Positions 1-12,431 of a DNA stretch of 64,000 nt are shown here, one piece after another (positions within the stretch are counted from its first letter, which is position 1; the number at the start of each line of letters is the position of its first letter). Location: NCBI RefSeq assembly GCF_000181795.1, contig NW_003526941.1:9340607-9404606 (forward strand), given 5' to 3'. Origin of the DNA: Trichinella spiralis (taxonomy: Eukaryota). The position numbers and the translations under genes were made by a program. The notes below the pieces were generated by a model. That model was not told the DNA's origin and ran no database searches. It saw only the letters and a program-made list of their open reading frames with translations.

Positions 1-390
1 TGTTATTTTCGGCTTTTTTTGAATTTTATCTAATGTACAATATTACTGTAGTTTTTTTTACTAATTGCAGGTTTTAAATAGATAAAAAGTAATAAAGTTT
101 ATTGGATGATTAATGTATAAATGGAATAAATTTAAATGATGATGATGATATTGAATCGTCAAATGACAATTTATTATTATTATTATTGTTCTTATCATCA
201 TGGCATCATAGTGATTACAAAAAATAAAAGAATTTTCAAGTAGTAATGAATTGAAGATGATTGAAATGATGAAACGTGCGTAGCAACAGTTTATATTTTT
301 CAAAAATATAATTTAAAAAATAAATTCAAAAATAATCATTAAAATTTATCAAATGATGTGTGCAATGTGACTGTACAATTACAGTACGTC

Positions 391-1615
391 ATGATTTACT
401 TTTAAGTTTTATGGTCTTTTTTTGCTTTGGTAATAAAATTAAATGATGCGGGAAAGGTAATGTTTATTTTTTTCGTGATTTTTTTAATTAATTTTACCAC
501 TTTGAATGTCCTGTTTATAAGTTGTTGATCGATTTTGTTTGTTTTGCCAAATCAGTTTGTTTACAAGAATGATTCTGTTTGTTCTATAAAAATAAGTGAA
601 CTGTAGTTGAAGTTGTTTTTTTCTCTACTACTTTAATACCTTTTTTTCCTTGGGATATTGTAAAAAAAGTAGTTCTCGTTTTGAAAGAAAGTTGCTGTTG
701 TTCACTGAAGCAATTTTGTAGCTGTTCGTTCCAATAGTGTATAATGATGATAATGTACTTGATGAAAAAAAAGAAATGTATTTTTCATTTAATAATAAAA
801 TTTTGATTACGGCAGTTGTTCAACTGGAATTTCTGGAAATATTTTTGAAGATTGAATAAGATGCCGGCTGCGAATGTGGGCAACGCAGGCGATATGCACG
901 AATTTGAAACATTCGAAACAAAAGATAAAGCAATCTTCAGGGTCAGTTAATTAAATTCAACTTCATCTTATTTTAAACTTGCTCCGAGAGAGAGAAAAAA
1001 AATTATTCCAAATAAAAAAGGTGTTATTACTCCAGTTATACTTGTTTTGTTAAAAAGTGTAACTTATTCAATTAAGGTCACCGGAGAATGATTTAAAAGG
1101 GAAATTAAAATTGCTTTTCCACTTTCGATTCAGAATCACTGCTGGTCTGAAGAGTCGCTTGCAAAATGCGCCTATCAATTTGCTTCTTCATCGCTTTCAT
1201 CGGATGCATGATCACATCACCTGCATTTGTTGACTGTAATAGCAGAACTCAGTCTATTCTCATATATATATATTTATACTTTGGCATTTAGCTGAACATA
1301 CCGATCAAAGACAGACCATCGATCGTAGTCGTTTTGTTGCCAATACTTTTGCCGACAGTAATAAAAAGGGATTTTATTGATTTTTAAAATTATTTTATCA
1401 CTTTAACATTTTATTAGCTGAACATGAAATTGACAACAGATTGAAAAGACATGCCATCGTTGTTATTCCTCGTCCCAGTAAAAAATTTTTTGGAACATCA
1501 GTCATTTCTCTTGTTTTCGTTGATGTTCAATTTGTGATTTTTAATTTTAGAATTTGGTTCATCTTCAAGTTCTGAAGATCGCAGTTCACGATCATCGCTC
1601 CATTCCATTCACTAA
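391..1615 (+). pseudogene. Possible degenerate multi-exon gene of unknown product
   Basis: Phase-consistent GT-AG exons at about 861-941, 1134-1251, 1292-1357, 1418-1477 and 1551-1615 (ending ...SSRSSLHSIH*). There is an in-frame TGA at 1209-1211, and a hydrophobic signal-like segment at 391-456 is broken by frameshifts in T-runs. No recognisable homology. Confidence 0.3.
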
Positions 1616-2685
1616 TTTCTCAGTGAATTTTCCACAAACAGTCAGCTTTCAAATATTATCAACGTTTTGTTGTCAACGTTTACAATTTTATACCGGCATA
1701 TTTTGTCTATACATCGATTTTACAAGCATATACAGATAGATGTTCTTTTGAGATACATTTATGAACAAATTTTGATTCTGAAAGTTATTCTATTAAAATA
1801 GAATGCAAAATTGTTGACCACGTTTATTCTGCTGTTGCAAACTCATACCACCAGTTTTCATGTCATATTTTATCCATTTTAGAAATAATATGGTTCTGTG
1901 AAGTTCAGATAAAAACATATACTGTCATAATAAATTGAAAAAACGACAACTGCAACATTCTGAAACATTACAAGGTGCTACTTTACAATTTTTAATTCAC
2001 ATTTTTCATCATTGTTAAAAACATTGTATAAATTAAAATTATTTTTAATATTTAATTATGGAATGAAATACTACTGCTGCTACTCAGTTTCATTTTCATT
2101 GCCTATAAAATGCAGCATTATTGCATTGCTTCAGCATATACTTGATTACTATGTACGGTAATTGAAACGGTACAATTTTTTAATTTTTTTTTCATTTTCG
2201 TGAAATAAGCATAAGTGATGAAATTTCACACATATAAAATAAGTTGTTTGGTTTAAAATTATAATATTGTATTTTCTTCTGTGAATGAAATAAATGAGAC
2301 CCTATTCTTTGTATTCATTTTGCATAGAAATTCATTTGTTTATATACAATTTTATACTGTCTTGTTTGACAACTTATACATTCTGTCATCAGTAACTTCA
2401 AACGATAAGAGGCTATTTTCGCGATTGAATTTATATTATGTTATTGCGAAGTGAACATAATTGTTTGTAATTATCTAATCACAAGTATGCTAATTTATAA
2501 GAAGTTTTCAAAGTTCAAATTTTGATTGTTTTGTATTTATTGAAATTTTATAATATTATTGTTGTAATTGTTGAAAAAAGACAAAAAATTATCCATTTGA
2601 TTTTTTTCGAATTTTGTGTGCAGTATTTTATTTAAATTATAATTTGAAACGTTATTGTTTATAGAAATCATGATGATTTCGTTGA

Positions 2686-5032
2686 ATGTGTAATGTTCAT
2701 CTGATGCCTGAAGTTGCCGAAGAATGGCCCTGGGCCTATGTAATTTCGCAAAAATTATTCAAAACCTGCTGTCATTACTGCTTTAAACGGTAAAATAGTT
2801 GTTTTTTTCTAGCAATATAAAAATTTCAAGTTCTTTTTTAATTTTAGTATTGATTCGTCGCATTATTGTTGTTCAAAGTATTGTGGAGCGGTGTATTGCG
2901 ATGAAAACTGCCATGTATATATAAAAAATAAATACTTGTTTATTAATTTCTAGATTAATTTTGTTGAAATTTTAGAATCGAGCAATTTCTGATCACAGAT
3001 ATGAATGTAAAGTACTGCTTCACAATAAAGGTGATCTTCCATCAGATACGATTCGGTTGATGGTTCGTATTATTGGAAAATTGGTACGTTTTTCTTCTCG
3101 GCGTTTGTAAAATTTCTTCCAAATTTTAATTTTGAATTACAATTAAGAATGATAATAGCAGTACGTCGAACTTTTCTTGTAAAGCTTCTCATGAAATTCG
3201 AGAATACGATCATCTCATGTCGCGTATGTCAGTTGTTTACATTATGGAAATTTTTTTTCTATTCTAATGATATTCGTTTTCTAGATAAAGAAGAAATATT
3301 TAAAGAAGAAAAGCGAACGAGCGAATTTTCACGCTGTTGTTATTTTTTAAAGTACATAATAGAACCGAATAAATTGCCCGAAACGTCGATACTTATGGAA
3401 ATGTTTGGCAAGGTGTATTTTTTTTTGATTACTTGATAATTTGTTGTTGTTGTTTCATTCATTTAGTTTTGTTCACGGCAGATTCTCATCAACGGCTTCG
3501 TAATTTTAGACCACGAACTCAATTCTGCAGGGCTTGGCTTATACTTGAAGTTTTTAAACATTTTGAGTTGGTACAATTTTTGTAATAATCTTAATACTTA
3601 TTATTTAATTTAGCCTGTCACAGTTGAATCATTCGTGCAATCCAAGTTGTGTTGTCACATTCGACGGTCCAAAAGCATACTTGAACACTCTGAATTCTGA
3701 ATTTGAAATTACCACTAGTACAGTTTTAAAAAATGTATTTCAAGTTTTATTTACGTTTGAATTTTTTTTCAGTTACAGTAATTTTTTTCTCTTAGTTAAC
3801 AATTAGTTATGTAGCATTGATCGACGATACTGCTCACCGGCGGAAAGCTTTGCATGAACGTTATTATTTCATATGCAAATGTGAAAAATGCTCAGATGCA
3901 CGTCTTGTACAGTGAAGAGTAAATTTGATTTGTTTGTAGAATATTTGAATGTGATTTTAATTAGGATTCCATTGCAACTGCGTTGGTCTGTGACAATGGA
4001 AATTGCGATGGTATGGCCATTATTGACGTTGCCGAAGGTAAATAATTTGTTGCTTGTTATTTTTTTCAATAAATGATGATGAGTTGATAAATTGCGCAGC
4101 CCAGTATTTCTATTTGTACAATTGTACATTATACGTGAGTTTTGAATTTTATGAAAATATTAATTTTGTTTTTTTCTTATCTTTGTTATAGAAACAGCAC
4201 GTTGTGAAAAATGTGCAACAGTGATCGACGACATTTGGGAAGCGGAATCGTTGATGACTTATTCTGCAGAAAAAAATGATTCTTTTGAAAATTATGATTC
4301 TTCACAAATGAATATCCTTTCTTAAACGACAAAATCAGAGAACTTTTTTGAAGTGAATTTGTGAAAATATTTTCATATTAATTCAATTATTCATGCAAAA
4401 TTGGATATGTTCATGATTTGTTTATTTCATAATATTACGATAATATGGAAAATTATCACAATTTCCTTAACAGCGTAATTTCGGTTTTCACATGTTGAAG
4501 ATTATTACAAACGTACAGAAGAATTGTTGGCCAAACAGCAGAAATGGCTTCACCCGTTGAATGTGCACCGAATTCGTACGTTAACTTTTGTTGGACACGC
4601 TGCATATGAATCTGGCCGTACTGAACGTACACTTTTGGTTTATGAAGAATTAATTTCGAAATACGAGTAATATTTTTTTCATGTATTGATGTGAATTTCT
4701 GTTATGAATGAGTTATGAAATTTCTAATTTTTTTTCTCGTTTTAGATTCTACTTGGAACAATTTCATCCACTCATAGCAGTAAATTTTATGACCGTTGGC
4801 AAATTGTACATGTTACGCAACATGTACACTACTGCATTGTCATTTTTGGAAAAGGTATTATTATTATTATTATTAATTCAATTGTGTAATATTTATTTTC
4901 AATCATTGCTGCTTTTAGTCGTTAAATGTGATGAAATACAGTCATGGAGAAAAACATTCATTGTATGTTCATTTATTAAGCATGATAGAGAAATGTCAGC
5001 TACTGATCAACGTTCACGACAATGGTAAGTAA
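2686..5032 (+). CDS. SET and MYND domain lysine methyltransferase (SMYD2/3-like), multi-exon
   Basis: Spliced translation shows MYND cysteines (CCHYC...YCDENC...HRYEC), GLYL-NLSQLNHSCNPS, ISYV, YYFICKCEKC post-SET, and a C-terminal helical domain (LHPLNVHR, HPLIAVNFMTVGKL, SHGEKH). Start ATG at 2686 or 2704; stop TAA 5030-5032. Confidence 0.9.
4312..4491 (+). other. U12-type (minor spliceosome) AT-AC intron in the SMYD gene
   Basis: 5' site ATATCCTTT at 4312, branch site TTTCCTTAAC at 4462-4471, AC at 4490-4491. Removal joins SSQM-N-VEDYY in frame; read-through hits TAA. Confidence 0.9.
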
Positions 5033-5173
5033 TTCACTGTTTGAATAGGTGTATATATTTATTTTTCTGAAAAAAATGTATTTTAATTTTTAAATATATT
5101 TTTTTGCAACTTGTAACTGCAGTGAGGTTTTCATGTCGAATTTTAATTTTATTTTCACCGATGATGTAGTTTT

Positions 5174-7654
5174 TTAAATTGGAAAAGTTGTATTAGCATG
5201 TTCAGAGTAATGATTAACTAAAATAGTATTGTATTTGGATATTAAATTCAAAACTTCATCTTTTATAATGTTGATATTTTGATTTGCTTCTGCATCGGCA
5301 ATTGCTTGCTTGCTCTTTTGGATGTTGTTTTCAATTTCCCAAAGTTGCCGTTCACAATTTATTAGCTGAACAATAGTAATTTTTGTTTTATCAGTAATAA
5401 TCAAATTGGATATTTTTCATCTTACTTGTTTGTATTTGTCATTTTGATTCAGCTTCTCTTCGACGTTCGAAATGTTCTGCTGGATAACATTCAATTGATT
5501 GTAATTTCTGTTCAAATGATTTTGCAAAAGTTCCTTTTTTGCAATCAATTCTTTCTTCTTATTTTCCACATTTTCATACAATTGATCAACATTTCCATAT
5601 TTTTCCATCTCTTGGCAGAGTTGTTGGATTTGTGTTCGAAATTTTGAAATATTCATTTTAATCAACCGTTCATCAGTAATTTTCTTCTCTTCTTCGTCAG
5701 CATTATTGAAATATTCTGATTTTTACAAAAATTTACAATTTCAACAAATTAATTAATCAATTAACTCGATTCTCACCTGCAGATTGAAAATTCATTTCTT
5801 CATTATCTGATGGTTCATTTTTGGTTCCGATCTCTTTTTCAACTTTTTCAATACGATTTTTGATTCGTGTTATTCTAAATTTAAAGAAAAATATAATAAT
5901 TTAAAATTAAAAAATACACATGTATGTATGTATGTATAATTCACTGTTTTTCTATCGTCTGCAGTTCTTTTTTCCCATGTTTTATTGTTCTCAGAAGGGA
6001 TTCTTTTTGTTGATCCGATGCGTTGTAATTTTTCACCTCGTCACGCAATTGTTCTCGAATATTTTCAACTTGGATCAATTTTTCACATCTTTCCACTGAA
6101 ATATATATATTTCTTCGTTTCAATTAAAATTTCCATCAATCAAATACCATATCCACCTTACTTACATGCTTGTGATTTGATGGCGTCTGTTTGAAATGCC
6201 TGCAACAGAATAAATGCAAATCTTTCAATTGGAAATATAATTGTTATTTATTTTTTAAATAATTATGAAATTTTTTCATTATCAGTGAATTATTATTGGT
6301 GTGAGATGTGAAATTTCAAAATTGTCCCTGACCCGTTTGAGATGTTCTTGTTTGTCCAACAATTGATTCAAAATGTTCTCTTTTTCTTTGATAATTTCGT
6401 TCAATTGCAATTTTTTCATTTCTGCTGCTTCATATTTCTTTGCAAATGTATTTTCCTGTGTGAATATTATTGAAAAATTTTATGGAGAAAATATATTGAG
6501 TTTCCATTCAAAGAAATTACCATATTTTTGAAAGTTGTTTCAGAACGTTGTTTTTCCATATTCAGCTTCTCTTCGGCATTTTTAAGTTGCTTTTCCACGC
6601 TTATTATTAGCAAAAATACATTTGGAAAAAAAAACATTTAATCACCGCTTACTTTTTTTTCTCTTCAAATAGATCATCTAGCATTTTCAACTGTTGATCG
6701 TTGTTTTCTTTCAACTGAAATTAACGGAATAATTTTCTTTTTAAATTGAAATTTCAAATTTACTTTCTGCCATTCTTCGCGCAGTTCGACGAGATTAATA
6801 TTGTTGTTGCTGCATTTATTCAAAAGCTTAAAGCAGTTGGTTGTTCAAGATCAAATTTATTAATTGATTTTGAAATTGTAATTTACAAAATTGTAATCCA
6901 TCAGTGTACTTTCGAGTTGTCGAATTTCCAATGCCAAAGGTTCAGCTCTACAATTATACATGTCGGGGTTAGAAGAGACAAATTTGCATACAGCACAGTC
7001 AGCTAGCTAATCACGTTTGTTCTAAAGCGGTGCTGCTTGGAACTTGCAGCTCATGCTTGGTTTTCTCATTGTTCAAACGTTCCATTTCTAAACGCAGTGC
7101 ACGAATTCTCGTTCTAAACAGTGAAAAATGAATATATATTTTTTTTTGAAAATAATAAATCTGAGCTAAACAAAACCTCAACAATGTGGCATAATAGGAA
7201 CGATCTTGTATTGAACGTTGCCTCATTGCTAAATTGTACAACTGATAAATATTCATAGCGGAATTTTCTCATGTTGTTGGTATTCGAAATGGAAATGAAA
7301 AAATCTACCAATCCCTGATGTGCTGGGTCTTGCACTTGTCAATGATCTTGTTGGCAAATTATTCGATTTGGTCAATGAAACACCAGCATCTGTCAATTGT
7401 GCATCATTTTTCGAGATCAGATCGTGATGCAATTGCAATTTGAAATAATTATTTTTTTAATTATTGATAACTAACGTTTCAATAATATGCGAATAGTTAT
7501 GATTTGAACTTTTGAAATAGTTACCTTGCGATGTTGTCAAGTGCCTTCTTTGCGACGCTGTGGCGTTTCGTTTGGGCACTTCTATGCCGATTGAAGAAGC
7601 GGCTCTAATTTGTTTAATTGGCATTTTTTCCTTAGTTCCGTGTGATGAAAACAT
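5174..7654 (-). CDS. IFT74: Intraflagellar transport protein 74 homolog, multi-exon
   Basis: Basic low-complexity N-terminus, then QRSIQDRSYYATLL-RTRIRALRLEMERL, AEPLALEIRQLESTLMDYN, and a C-terminal LINCERQLWEIENN...SKYNTILV. These match the IFT74 coiled-coil pattern. Confidence 0.8.
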
Positions 7655-7752
7655 GGTAATTTGGAAATAATATTTAAAATGGAATAATTTAACAAATGAA
7701 TATTATTATTATTATTATTATTTGCAGTAGTAGTAGTAGTAATACTGTTGCT

Positions 7753-7798
7753 GTTGGTATAGTAACTGGATGAAATCGACTTCTGGTTGCTAAGAAAC
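7753..7798. promoter_or_regulatory. Two X-box-like (RFX/DAF-19) elements upstream of IFT74
   Basis: GTTGGTATAGTAAC (7753-7766, one mismatch to GTHNYY-AT-RRNAAC) and GTTGCTAAGAAAC (7786-7798, 13-bp form), 100-145 bp upstream of the IFT74 ATG. Confidence 0.6.
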
Positions 7799-8370
7799 GA
7801 AAGAAACGTTGCTAATTTGTGAATTGAATGATAAAATTCAGAAATTAATGTTTGAATATTTTCAAAATTTTACTTATTTTCTAAATATATTATTGACGTA
7901 TTATATATAAAGTTTAGATAAGTTTTGTATAAAGTGAGCAAAAATAGTTTAACATGGACATTTTAAGTATTTTACATTTGATTTCAGTTGAATAAAGTTA
8001 ATATCAGCAATATTGTAGACTGGATTTTTGTTTACCAAGCTTATCACGTAACATCTGGTGGTGATGTCAATTATTTCACAAACTTACTTTAAATAGTCAC
8101 ATTTTACTGGAATTATTATTTTCGTTTGTCAAGGTGAAATTTTCATTTATTGCTTCAATAGATAGTCACAAGACTGACAACAGCCCGGTTTCGATGTTAT
8201 TTTTAACATCTTATTACGAATAATTTACCAATTTGAGCAGTTGATGTTTTTTAATTTTCATAAAATTTATCATTTATCACATTTATATGTCCAGTTTAAT
8301 CAAGCACACGAAATTGTAATGAATAAGTTACCCTTGACCCGTGCCGCTAGATGTGCGGATAACAGAATAG

Positions 8371-8427
8371 TATAAAAGTAACGAACTCTAGCTGTTGATT
8401 TTTATATTCAATTCAATTCAATTCAGT
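8371..8427 (+). promoter_or_regulatory. TATA box and initiator-like region of the small secreted peptide gene
   Basis: GTATAAAAG at 8370-8378, followed about 30-50 nt later by TCAATT repeats and TCAGTT, upstream of ATG 8486. Confidence 0.5.
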
Positions 8428-8485
8428 TCTGCAATTGCTCTTTCTCCTCATTTGTGACGAAAATATCTTTTATTTCAAATCCAAG

Positions 8486-8886
8486 ATGAACATGCACGTT
8501 ACTTTGATTGCTTTGTTCATTTTTTCAATAGTCATCGCATTTGACGTTGCCTACGCAACTACAGAACGTATGTATTTGAAGTTCGGTTGATTTTTCTTTT
8601 CTTCACATGTTCTGTATTCTGTTTAACAACTGTAGAAACTGCAAAAGGTGCAACAAATCGAGAGGCGGTTAATGTGAAACCACGCGCAAGTAAGTTGCTT
8701 TCCTCCCCCCATTAATTGACTACATTTGGTGAATGTGAAAATTTAAATTGTTAAATTTGATCACTGCTCGTGCGGATGATGATGATGATTGAACAAATCA
8801 TTGAGCTGATTTTCGCTTCAGATGCAAAACGTGCAGCTGCAACATCCAGACATTCTCCAGAATCGCACGAAGAACGTCGAGGATGA
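8486..8886 (+). CDS. 66-aa secreted protein / peptide precursor, 3 exons (8486-8567, 8636-8689, 8822-8886)
   Basis: Not in the ORF track. Strong GTATGT and GTAAGT donors with consistent phases. Translation: MNMHVTLIALFIFSIVIAFDVAYA-TTEQTAKGATNREAVNVKPRANAKR-AAATSRHSPESHEERRG*, with a signal peptide. Confidence 0.75.
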
Positions 8887-10149
8887 AAAAAAATTACAAC
8901 AATTCAAACCTAGAGAGGAATAAAATACACATGTCATTCCTCTCTGTTTAGATTTCTATCATACGTAGTCTTGATGAATCACCATGTTAGATTAGTAGTA
9001 TATGAGTATTCCTAAATTTGTGACTTAATTTTAATTTGCTGATATTAAAAAAACTGAAATAAATATTTCATATTCTGTATTTGTTTTGCAAGTGCTTTTT
9101 TATTGCGTTCATTTTACAGCAAATTTTGCGCATCATGTAAATAAATTATGACTTTCAGATTTGCATTAAATGCGCAATAAAACCCATTGCTCTTCTGTTG
9201 TACGAATGTATGATTTTCACAATTCTGAAAATGCAAATCGACAATAAATTCAACTAACAGAACAACTCAGTTGAGCAGTTCAACTAGTTTATTATTCTGA
9301 AAGTGATCAGCAAGTATGTACAACTGTACTTTGATAACAACAGTAGGGAAACTGCGCATAAATTATAATCTGAATTTAGAGGTAAAAAAAACTTATTTAG
9401 CTTTGTAAAGTGACTACTGATCAGTTACAATTTACATTTGAATACTTTACAACCTGCGTATCATTATTGTCTACTTTACATCTTTAGTTGAACACGGAAA
9501 AGCATTCTGTAGCTATGTGCCATGTGTTACGTATTACATTATTGTTAACAAAGAAGCATTTCATGCGACAAGTATAGCATGAGACATAATTGGTGGCATC
9601 ATGTATAAATTCAAAAAATTAGTCATCACACGTCGTAGAATTAAACTGCAGTTTGTGACATCCACAAAAAGCCAACTCTGCTGATTGTTAACAATGCTCT
9701 GCTTTGTATCATGTTCGTTGTCGAAAGTAAAATTTCATGTGCTATACGTTGAAGCAAAAAATTACAAAAATCTGAAATTCAAATGGATATTTATGAAGAA
9801 TAAAAATGAGAACAATATCATTTTGTATTGGACATAATACCAGTGAATGAATAATAATTTTAAACTTTTTAACTTTAAATATTAAACATACCGTATATCT
9901 AAATGTTGTATTTGAACCTGAATTCAACTACGGTACAGTCAGTGAAAACTAGACACTGAATAATCAACACATGCATCGTTGCTGTTTGCTGGTTTGTATT
10001 TGATAAGCAGCAGTTTGTAGTTTGTGAAGAAATTTTTATACGCACTTGAAAACATTTTTTTGTTTTGGTATTTTTACCATCCTTCTTTGGTAGTGAGTTC
10101 TTTAGCCAAAAATTGTTGCTCATTGATGAAAAGCGCTCAAAAATAATAA

Positions 10150-11979
<1,830 letters not shown>

Positions 11980-12431
11980 TATAGTAATGTTATATCTGTG
12001 ATTAATTCGATTCTGAACAATTGACAATGATATATATATATGTGTGTTTGTAAATTATTCAAATAGTCATAATTAGTTCAAATGCTTTTTTTTATCTTTT
12101 AAGGTTTTAAAATTGAATATTCTTCTTGTAGCATGCACTAATTTGCTCGCTGCGTGCTTCAGATTTTTGGCATTATTATCATTAGCAACAATTTCAACGA
12201 ATGATCCTCTTCTTCTGCATAAGTAATTTCTTTATTTTTTTGTTTGTTTGTTTGTTTGTTAATTCAATTTTCAACTTTGTGACTGTGTTTTTTTCTATAT
12301 TTTGGGAAAACATTCCGAATTTTTTCTTTAATTTCATGTACTGACTGACTTTCCCCGGTCGAGCATATCAATTAAAATAGGAAAAGTGAAAAAAAATATG
12401 TGAAATATATTTTTCAATTTGATTCAAAGTA

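Noticed and set aside
61..303. 80-aa minus-strand ORF with a His run
   Set aside because: Derived from GAT/ATT simple repeats, has a non-ATG start, and shows no coding signal.
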